Source of the DNA: a virus
Virus record (IMG/VR): IMGVR_UViG_3300044971_004534
Strand: one strand, 5' to 3'
Length of the DNA: 64,000 bases
Part shown: positions 55,748 to 63,676 of the stretch, one piece after another
Position numbering within the stretch: position 1 is the stretch's first letter
How the letters are laid out: every line of letters starts with the position of its first letter
Made by a program: the position numbers and the translations under genes
Notes under the pieces: model-generated
Told to the model about the DNA's origin: nothing
Seen by the model: the letters and a program-made list of their open reading frames with translations, nothing else
Databases searched by the model: none

Positions 55748-58700
55748 TGATTAGGAACCCATTTGAAACCACGCAATATGCGTCTAATTTCTTAAAAGAA
55801 AACATTATACTTGATTCTTCTGGAATAGGACTGACAGGTATAGATGTTTTAATGGAATTTCTTGTTAATCAAACAAGAATACGTCAAGAAGCTATAAGAA
55901 TAGGCTATATATCCAACAATCCATCTAGAATAGATGGAGAAGATTATAGCCAAGTAAGTTTGCTTGGCTTGTCTTTTGATACCCCTCAAAATATATATGA
56001 TGGCTCTTTACTTATAGTGAGCGCAATAAAGCAGATGTTTTCTGGGCATCCATCTGAACTTTATGAAAAACTTGCTTATAGACCAACTATTATACAATAT
56101 CAAGATCCAGACGATGGAGTGTATGTTAGTAGAACTGGTGGATTTTTTCATAAAATTGTGGACCCTAGTTCTGATGTTGAGCAGCCAAATGATGACTATT
56201 TTGAATTCTTTGACGATCCAGAATTTGTTGATGGTCAATATCTTACAAGTGGAGACATAGACAGATTTAATAGTCCGCCATCTTTTACTGATCCTTCAAA
56301 TCCTTACGCTACATTAAATGAATATTTGAAAGATCAAGTTAAATGGGTTAACAGCACAATCGCTATATTAAATAAGTTAAAATATATCCATAAAAAATTA
56401 GTTTTTACTTATCCATTTGCTGGAATATCTTTTGGAAGTGGCTGCTCATTTGCAAAAAATATTAGTTCTACCACTACTCCAGATTCGAACGGAAAGCCTG
56501 TAGAAATTATACTTGACATGTCTGAGGTGGTAGCTTCTTGTGTTGACGGTACTGATTCCTATGGGTATCTTTGCATTAGGTGGCGTAGTGTCGGCAACGG
56601 TTCACGTTTTATTGTCATGCCCACCGTGGGTGCGACAGCTGCACAGACAGCGGCTCTTCGTCAGCCAATATGGGGCGCATTGACAGTTAACCCAGCTTCA
56701 GATCAGCCTTATGTTCATAGTAATTCTGGTAATCAAGGATATTTGAACAGTGCTAACTACATTTCTTATGCTTCTTCTGAAGGTATATTGAAGACTTGGG
56801 ACCCAGAAACTAATACTGTTTTCGATAGGCCAGTTTCTCCTATTCTGAGATCTGGTTGTCAAAATGCTCCGTGCTGTACAACAAACGATAATACCAATAA
56901 CATTCCATTTAGAGAAGGTGGCAATGACGTAAACTCTGATTTTGCATGTATAAATATTAATAATACTTTCTTCTCTACTGGAACTGGTTCTGACTGGGAT
57001 AATAAAATAAGAATAGTGATATTTTCTGGATGCCAGAGTGCTAGCTCCAATACTTCCTGGGAGCTTGAGCTTAATTGTCTTGGCTGCACAGATTGCAATG
57101 TGACTTTGACTGAATGCGGAGGCATTCCTTCATCAAGTTCAAGTTCTGAAGACATTAATTTTGGCATATTTATTCTAGATGATAGTAATAAAATAGGAAA
57201 AATAGATGTAATAACCGGCAATTTATCTGGTAGAATTCTTACTGTCAAAGATGATGCAGGCAATCCACTGGAAGATAATCTGCATGACATTGATTTTGAT
57301 ACTGACGGCAACCTGTATGGTCTTGCGCAATCTGGAATTTTATACGTTATCAGCAAGTCAACAGGTAAAGCAACAGTTGTGGGGAATACTGGACTAACAA
57401 ATACAAACGGTCTTGGATTTGGTCAAGACGGCAGACTTTACACTATAAATAATACAACTCTTTATTATTTAAACAAGCAAAATGCTGGTACGAATCAAGT
57501 GGGAAGTATTGGCTATACTGGAAGCGGTGATATATGTACTTCAAGATCTGGCCCCAATAGACTAATAGTTTCTGCAAAAAATGGAAATAATAATTTTATC
57601 CTTGAATTATCTGTTGGTGCAAATAGCGTAACATCTCAAGTAAAACTTAGTGGATCAAGAGTTGTTCCAAGAGTTTTTGGTTTAGCTAGACCACTTTCTC
57701 TTTCTGCAGGCCCACTTGCTGTTGCTGATCAGAAAATATATGTTTTTAATAGATTTGATACTTCAGATGCTTCTATGACTGTTGTTTCCGATTTTTCTCA
57801 GTCTGGTCTTTGCTGTGCGGTTGGCGCAGCTTACTGGAACGGAAATTTTGAAAATGACGAAGGTGGCGGTGGAGGCGGCAACTTTGATTTTCCACAGTGT
57901 GACAATATACCAGTATGGACTGTAGGTAGAGATAATGTTCTTAAGCAGGTTAATATTAAAAACGGGGACTCTCTTAAGTCTTATACACTGCAGGGTGCGA
58001 CATTTGATAGCTTCTATGGATGTCCAACCGATTTAGCGGTAAATGATTCTGGCGACATATATCTAATAGATAACTCTAATCTTTATAGAGTGCTACTGCC
58101 CTTTGTTGACGCTCCTGTGCAAGACGTTGCTACCGCTATTCTAATTGGACGTTTATTAGAAGGTAGTTCCGCAGTAGCTTTTGCCGGTTTAACGTTTGGC
58201 AAAGACGGGATCTTATATGGATGTATGGTTGAAGGGGTTACAAACCCTATTTCTACGATTCCAGCATATCCACTATTCAAAATAGATCCTCAAACTGCAG
58301 AATGCACTGCTGTTTGCACAGACATGGGTGTTGGTTGTCAGGGTGATGTTGCTCCATGGACCGACGCGAATGGTGTAAACTGGTTTTATTTAGTTGGCGC
58401 TAATGAGGATCATAACCAGATATACAGGTTTAGATATGGTGGAGAGGGAGACTGCGGTGAACTTGAGCTTATTTCAGACCCAGACACTTTCCAGTATGGA
58501 ACAGACGTTTTTAGCATTTCCAATGCTCGTGATAATAAAATTTATGTTATAGCTGGAACCCAGGTTCTTAAGATAGACCCGATCACTAATACCATTACGG
58601 AAACTGGAGTGAGTATTAGTGGATCTCATAGTCATGGTTCTGGTTGGCTTCCTAATGATGTGCTTGCAGACGGTTGCTCTGACAACTCCTCTAGCTCAAG

Positions 58701-61700
58701 TTCATCTGGTGAAAATTCATCTTCAAGCTCTTCTTCAAGTGAAGATATTGCGCCATGTCCTTGCGTGCCCCAGTCTTCAAGTAGTTCAAGTTCAAGTTCA
58801 AGTTCAAGCAGTGAGATTTCTTCATCCTCTTCTAGTTCAAGCTCCTCAAGTTCAAGTTCTTCTAGTGCTTCATGCCCAGATTGTGGAGATAGTCCGTCTA
58901 TTATTATAGACAGGGATGATTGGCTAAGTGGTATAGTTAATTGCCATAAAGTTGGATTTGATTCTGGATCAGTCATAAGGATAAAATGGTTTCAAGTTTG
59001 TTCTCTTTGCTGCACTTGTCCTACAGAAAGACAGTTCACAAGAGAATGTGAAATCGAAATAAGCATATTTGATATTGATTGTCAGAGTTGGTCTGCAATT
59101 TGGCAATATCTTATTAGTACAGGACAAGTAGAAGAAATTAGATGCAGCGTAGATGGTGGTTCTTGCAGATTTTATTATAGAGTAGATTTTGACAGAGATC
59201 CAGATTTGCCAAATATATTTTATTGGAGATTTACAGAAAACTTCCAAACATTTTTCCCAGATTATCCTGCCAATTGCGAATGTCCTCCATGTGATCCAGA
59301 TCCATCATGCTGTGACTCGTCTTGCTTTGGCTTAGGCACCATGATAAAAATGGCAGATGGTAGTGAGAAAAGAATTGAAGACATTAAGGAAGGTGATATT
59401 CTTTTAGCAGCTTATTTCAACGAGTTTGGAGTTGCCAGAAATCCTACTTTAGAGCAAATAAACAGTGGTTGGACTTTAAGCGACTCTAGATATATCAGGT
59501 TCGCTGAAACCAGAGTAAAGAGCATAAAGGTTGGATCTGAGCTTTCTATATATAAATTTTCTGATTCATTAAAGCTTACTTTTGAACATCCTGTATTTAT
59601 AATGGATGTAGACGGCACTTTAAAATTTAGAAGTGCTGTGTATATGCAAGATGGCGTTTATGGATATGACGTAAATCTTGAAATGATTCCGATGAGATAT
59701 TTTGAAGAAATAAATAGAAAATCAATCACTATTACTCTCACAACTGAACCTTTCCATTGCATATTTGCAGGAAATATATTAGTGCACACTGGTTCTTCAG
59801 GTAATTACACAAATACAGTTGGTTTTGGTGAAATAGGCATTAATATAAATACTGATATTTATACAGATCCAGTCTCTCCAGCCACATCTGTTATTGACGA
59901 TGGCTCTACTGGTTACAGTTTTATTTCAGACGGATTAGGCACAGTAAATCCAGGGACTGGTGGTCCAATTGACGACAGTGGAGTAATTGTAGACAGCCCT
60001 TATGTTTGTCAATTTGCTTGCAGATGTTTAAGCGGAAATTGCAGCACAGTTAGTTTCGTAAGTTCCTGGAAGCTTGGAACGCCTATACAGTTCTGCGCAG
60101 ATCCTACGGCGTGCTGTAATAATGGAAGTTGTACAAGAGGTAATGCAGACTGTAAAGACGTATCTGACAACTCCGTATTGATTGAAAGAACTATAGTCGC
60201 CAATAGTTGTGCTGATGCTTGTAGAAAATGTGCTGCTCTTGCTACGCAAAGTGTTGATTTTGTAAACAGCCCTTCTTTTGAATGCGCAAACGCTTCACTG
60301 ATATGTACATCATCGGGTTCATCTTCATCTTCCGTTTCTGCTTCGTCTTCAAGTAGTAGCTCCGAAATAACTGGTGAAGAGGTTGTTTTGTGGCTGAATC
60401 CTCCAATGGCTGCAGTTGACGTTGGCAATGGACTTATGTCAGTTTCTGGTGCTCCTACTGCTCATTTATTAAGTAACGGCAATGATGGGCAAATGTTGGC
60501 TCAAAGATTTGCTGTACCAGACAATTGTCAATGGCGTGTTTATAAATTTAGAATGTGGGGCGGTAGCGAATACGTGGACGAGCCTGTTGGTGGAGCGGGT
60601 GGCAACAGCTTGTCAAGTAATATACAAGCTATAAGAATAAACATCTTTAAGTTCCAGGCATCTTCTGGTAATTGGGAGTTGTATAATTCTACTACTGGTT
60701 ATTTAAAAATGGCTTCAGGTTTGATTTTAAATGATCAGGGAAGCACTATGGGCATATTTGGATCTAAGCATTTTCAAATTGACATGGAGTTTAATCCATC
60801 TGTTTCTACTATTTTGGACAGTGGGGATTATTTGCTTGGTATTGGTGGCGTGCATTCTTTGACTGGCCCTACCGCTCCAGAAAAACTTCTGTGGACATAT
60901 AGTGAGTTTGGGACTGCAACCAGCCCTGGGCAATACTCGACTACCAATTTAAACTGGGGAAATTGGGTTGATAGCAATCAGAACACAAGTTTAGCAGCTG
61001 CTCTCATAGGAATAAGAAGTTCAACATGCGTAGTGTCAAGCTCTTCAAGCTCTTCCGGCTTGGGATCTCAATCTTCTAGTTCTTCTTCTGATTTGTCGAG
61101 TTCATCTTCTAGTTCTTCCTCCGTAGGTGCTTGTACGCAATCTTTTGGTCATTGGAACAATAGCAGTGGAACTCCAGTATACTCTGAAATTATTGATTTA
61201 TCTGGATTTGAAGTACAAACCGATACATCTGGAGAGTTTATTGACGTGTGTGTTGAATATATGACTGGCTCAGATATTTCTGACAGAATTCTAATAATAG
61301 CAACAAAAGACGATGATGAGGTTAGTACTGATGAATTCTTAAGAAATGGGGATATAGACTATTCTTACTACGCAAATATTGATAATTACATAAATGGTCA
61401 GGAGAGTAGGTTCTCTATTTCCTCAGGACATCCATTAATCGCCTACAACGGCTCCTCTTTTGCGCCACCATTGCGATCATTGATATTTGATAGCGGTTGT
61501 GCTTTAACTGGAGACACAAATTCCACAGTTACTTCTATAAGGCTTAGAAAAAATTCTGTGTCATTAGACCCAACTGATCCAATGTATAAAAAGTTCCGAT
61601 TGGTTGTATTCGGAGTTTGTGATGTAGCTTTTGCTCCAAATAGTATTACAAATTGGTGGATTACATTTAAGTGTGATATTGCAAATTGCGTTGTAACTTC

Positions 61701-63600
61701 ATCAAGCAGTTCATCTTCGTCTTCTTCTAGTTCTGTTCTGTCTAGCTCTAGTTCATCCAGTAGCTCTTCAGTCTGCACTAAAATATGGTCTGGACCAGGA
61801 TGTCCAGATGTCAATAATGATGGATTTGTAGATTCTCTTGATCTTGGACTTTTAAATGGTATCTGGGGTGCTGTTGATTATGACAATAGAATATCCGTAG
61901 CGTCAGATTTAAATGGAGATGGCTTTATAGACGGGCAAGATATGATTATTCTATTAAGTAACGGTGGATGTATAGAATGTCCTAATTTTCAATGGCCCAT
62001 TTCTTCATCTAGTTCCAGTAGTTCCAGTAGTTCCAGTAGTTCCAGTAGTTCCAGTAGTTCCAGTTCTTCTATACCCTCCGGTCCTCCGCTGCCGTATTAT
62101 GGCTCAAACAAATTTGGTAGATTCATGGTAGATGCAAGAGATGGTAAAAACATAGTTGACATTATGTATATAGGACAAGATGCTAACTATTGGGTTCCTG
62201 CCTTAAATAGAGGTTTTAATTTACTTAATGTAAAAGCTTTTGGTACACCGTTTGCTCCCGCCTTGATGTCTACATCATTTGATGTTGTAAGTAATGTTGC
62301 TCATCTTTCTGCGGATTGGGATGCTGGATCAAATGCTAGATCAAGTGAAGTTGGCACTCTAAAAATTTTCAAAGGTGGTAGTCTTTTTGCCGGAGACGCG
62401 ATACATGAAGCCATGCATACATCTGTTACTCCATATGGAAAAGCTTTGGAGTGGGGGTATGTTCCAAAGATAGATGGTGAGTACTTCATAGAGTATGCTT
62501 CAGGAATGTATATATCAAATGGACCACCAAGCTTGGGCATCCCTATAGATAGCGTTTCAAAACTGGAGTACAGAGTTTTAAGAGTATCTGGTTATACAGG
62601 AAGTTACTCCATGTCTGTGGACACTTATGATGCAAGTAGAAATTATGCTGTATTGCCAGTAGTCAGTAATCAATCAAGTGACCTGATATGGGTAAGTGAC
62701 AGTTTGGAATTTATGTATAATCCATTAGTTCATGGAGTAGAAGGCTTGCGTTTTGCATGTACTGGAAGTGAAAATTTAGGACTCACTTCTGGAATAAGCG
62801 GAGACTTTGGAGTTGGATTGCATAGTTTGCACAAGAATGAAATAAGCGGTCTCGCGATTACTCCATTCCACACGTATGGTCAGGCAACATTTGAGTCATT
62901 AAATTCCGATCTTAATAGACCTGAAACCATTTTTACTTTAGAAACTTATCTAAACGCGATAAATGAAAGATCTGTGTCTGCTTACAGTAAGCTGCCAGGA
63001 GCAGAAGGCGGCTCAGGAAGAATGGTATTCTTCATACAAGCCAATTCGTCTTCTGAATCAACTATGATTAATGACATCATATCGATTAAAGATAAAATTA
63101 CTGCTACATGTTTAGGTTTAGGTTTTGATGAAAACAACTTTACATTCGCCATTATGATACCAGCTCCTATAAGTGAATTCGACTTAGAGTTTGTCAGTCT
63201 TCGTCAAAGCATTGCTGATGCAATACTTGCTCAAAGTAGCTCAATCGCAAATATATCTTTCATAAACATTCCAGCTATTTTCTCTTATACGCAAATGATA
63301 GAAAATGGCTGGGCAACAATTGCGATCACGCCAGTCGAAGAAAATCCAACAAGTCAATTTGCTTTACTGACAGGAGGACAGTGCTGTGAGACTTATACTA
63401 ATTGCTGCCCGAGCGTGCCAGTTTGCACAGGCGGTACTTGCACTTATGTAAGATGCTGGAATTGCTCAGAAGACGCTCCTGGCTTCGGCGTGTGCGGAGT
63501 GGTCATGTCAACAGATCCAGACACAGGAGGAAGTTCTTCAGATACATCTGGTGGAGGCAGTAGCAGCTCTTCTAGTAGTGAAAAAAATCCATTTATTTAA
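55747..63600 (+). CDS. giant protein 3 (2617 aa): beta-propellers, poly-Ser linkers, Hint domain, Cys-rich modules, dockerin, C-terminal domain
   Basis: Uninterrupted 7.9-kb ORF with a TAATG junction to giant protein 2. Domain evidence is listed separately. Confidence 0.85.
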   Translation: MIRNPFETTQYASNFLKENIILDSSGIGLTGIDVLMEFLVNQTRIRQEAIRIGYISNNPSRIDGEDYSQVSLLGLSFDTPQNIYDGSLLIVSAIKQMFSGHPSELYEKLAYRPTIIQYQDPDDGVYVSRTGGFFHKIVDPSSDVEQPNDDYFEFFDDPEFVDGQYLTSGDIDRFNSPPSFTDPSNPYATLNEYLKDQVKWVNSTIAILNKLKYIHKKLVFTYPFAGISFGSGCSFAKNISSTTTPDSNGKPVEIILDMSEVVASCVDGTDSYGYLCIRWRSVGNGSRFIVMPTVGATAAQTAALRQPIWGALTVNPASDQPYVHSNSGNQGYLNSANYISYASSEGILKTWDPETNTVFDRPVSPILRSGCQNAPCCTTNDNTNNIPFREGGNDVNSDFACININNTFFSTGTGSDWDNKIRIVIFSGCQSASSNTSWELELNCLGCTDCNVTLTECGGIPSSSSSSEDINFGIFILDDSNKIGKIDVITGNLSGRILTVKDDAGNPLEDNLHDIDFDTDGNLYGLAQSGILYVISKSTGKATVVGNTGLTNTNGLGFGQDGRLYTINNTTLYYLNKQNAGTNQVGSIGYTGSGDICTSRSGPNRLIVSAKNGNNNFILELSVGANSVTSQVKLSGSRVVPRVFGLARPLSLSAGPLAVADQKIYVFNRFDTSDASMTVVSDFSQSGLCCAVGAAYWNGNFENDEGGGGGGNFDFPQCDNIPVWTVGRDNVLKQVNIKNGDSLKSYTLQGATFDSFYGCPTDLAVNDSGDIYLIDNSNLYRVLLPFVDAPVQDVATAILIGRLLEGSSAVAFAGLTFGKDGILYGCMVEGVTNPISTIPAYPLFKIDPQTAECTAVCTDMGVGCQGDVAPWTDANGVNWFYLVGANEDHNQIYRFRYGGEGDCGELELISDPDTFQYGTDVFSISNARDNKIYVIAGTQVLKIDPITNTITETGVSISGSHSHGSGWLPNDVLADGCSDNSSSSSSSGENSSSSSSSSEDIAPCPCVPQSSSSSSSSSSSSSEISSSSSSSSSSSSSSSSASCPDCGDSPSIIIDRDDWLSGIVNCHKVGFDSGSVIRIKWFQVCSLCCTCPTERQFTRECEIEISIFDIDCQSWSAIWQYLISTGQVEEIRCSVDGGSCRFYYRVDFDRDPDLPNIFYWRFTENFQTFFPDYPANCECPPCDPDPSCCDSSCFGLGTMIKMADGSEKRIEDIKEGDILLAAYFNEFGVARNPTLEQINSGWTLSDSRYIRFAETRVKSIKVGSELSIYKFSDSLKLTFEHPVFIMDVDGTLKFRSAVYMQDGVYGYDVNLEMIPMRYFEEINRKSITITLTTEPFHCIFAGNILVHTGSSGNYTNTVGFGEIGININTDIYTDPVSPATSVIDDGSTGYSFISDGLGTVNPGTGGPIDDSGVIVDSPYVCQFACRCLSGNCSTVSFVSSWKLGTPIQFCADPTACCNNGSCTRGNADCKDVSDNSVLIERTIVANSCADACRKCAALATQSVDFVNSPSFECANASLICTSSGSSSSSVSASSSSSSSEITGEEVVLWLNPPMAAVDVGNGLMSVSGAPTAHLLSNGNDGQMLAQRFAVPDNCQWRVYKFRMWGGSEYVDEPVGGAGGNSLSSNIQAIRINIFKFQASSGNWELYNSTTGYLKMASGLILNDQGSTMGIFGSKHFQIDMEFNPSVSTILDSGDYLLGIGGVHSLTGPTAPEKLLWTYSEFGTATSPGQYSTTNLNWGNWVDSNQNTSLAAALIGIRSSTCVVSSSSSSSGLGSQSSSSSSDLSSSSSSSSSVGACTQSFGHWNNSSGTPVYSEIIDLSGFEVQTDTSGEFIDVCVEYMTGSDISDRILIIATKDDDEVSTDEFLRNGDIDYSYYANIDNYINGQESRFSISSGHPLIAYNGSSFAPPLRSLIFDSGCALTGDTNSTVTSIRLRKNSVSLDPTDPMYKKFRLVVFGVCDVAFAPNSITNWWITFKCDIANCVVTSSSSSSSSSSSSVLSSSSSSSSSSVCTKIWSGPGCPDVNNDGFVDSLDLGLLNGIWGAVDYDNRISVASDLNGDGFIDGQDMIILLSNGGCIECPNFQWPISSSSSSSSSSSSSSSSSSSSSSSIPSGPPLPYYGSNKFGRFMVDARDGKNIVDIMYIGQDANYWVPALNRGFNLLNVKAFGTPFAPALMSTSFDVVSNVAHLSADWDAGSNARSSEVGTLKIFKGGSLFAGDAIHEAMHTSVTPYGKALEWGYVPKIDGEYFIEYASGMYISNGPPSLGIPIDSVSKLEYRVLRVSGYTGSYSMSVDTYDASRNYAVLPVVSNQSSDLIWVSDSLEFMYNPLVHGVEGLRFACTGSENLGLTSGISGDFGVGLHSLHKNEISGLAITPFHTYGQATFESLNSDLNRPETIFTLETYLNAINERSVSAYSKLPGAEGGSGRMVFFIQANSSSESTMINDIISIKDKITATCLGLGFDENNFTFAIMIPAPISEFDLEFVSLRQSIADAILAQSSSIANISFINIPAIFSYTQMIENGWATIAITPVEENPTSQFALLTGGQCCETYTNCCPSVPVCTGGTCTYVRCWNCSEDAPGFGVCGVVMSTDPDTGGSSSDTSGGGSSSSSSSEKNPFI
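57150..58650 (+). other. two NHL/YVTN-like beta-propeller regions in giant protein 3
   Basis: Repeated blades such as DIDFDTDGNLYGLAQSGILYVISKSTGK, GLGFGQDGRLYTINNTTLYYLN, DLAVNDSGDIYLIDNSNLYRV, GLTFGKDGILYGC and NKIYVIAGTQVLKIDPITN. They are separated by a Gly run (EGGGGGGN). Confidence 0.55.
58783..58806 (+). repeat. (AGTTCA)x4 hexanucleotide tandem repeat inside a poly-Ser tract
   Basis: Perfect agttca agttca agttca agttca within the 58.68-58.87 kb Ser-coding region. Confidence 0.85.
59323..59790 (+). other. Hint (Hedgehog/intein-like, BIL-type) domain within giant protein 3
   Basis: Block A: CFGLGTMIKMADGSEKRIEDIKEGDILL. Block B TxxH: LKLTFEHPVF. Blocks F/G: FHCIFAGNILVHT. The domain ends HT followed by Gly, not the HN+Cys/Ser/Thr expected of splicing inteins. 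Confidence 0.75.
61801..61970 (+). other. dockerin (type I-like) module in giant protein 3
   Basis: Two 22-residue Ca-binding loop-helix segments, DVNNDGFVDSLDLGLLNGIWGA and DLNGDGFIDGQDMIILLSNGG, separated by a 10-residue linker. Poly-Ser linkers flank both sides. Confidence 0.75.
62011..62064 (+). repeat. perfect (AGTTCCAGT)x6 tandem repeat encoding poly-Ser
   Basis: Six identical 9-nt units counted directly in the sequence. The repeat is in frame. Confidence 0.95.
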
Positions 63601-63676
63601 ATAGTAAAAAGGAATAATATTATTATTTATATATAAACTGTTGTGTCGGGGGGTTGTATTTCAAGGAGTTTAATTA

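Noticed and set aside
58632-58976. 114-aa minus-strand ORF rich in ELELEE repeats
   Set aside because: It is the reverse-complement mirror of the poly-Ser (AGY/TCN) tract of giant protein 3. The low-complexity sequence is an artefact and has no independent start signals.
56859-61814. Minus-strand ORFs 56859-57356, 60009-60428 and 61443-61814
   Set aside because: They lie antisense within giant protein 3. Long antisense ORFs are expected by chance in Ser/Gly/Ala-codon-rich regions. No start or RBS support.
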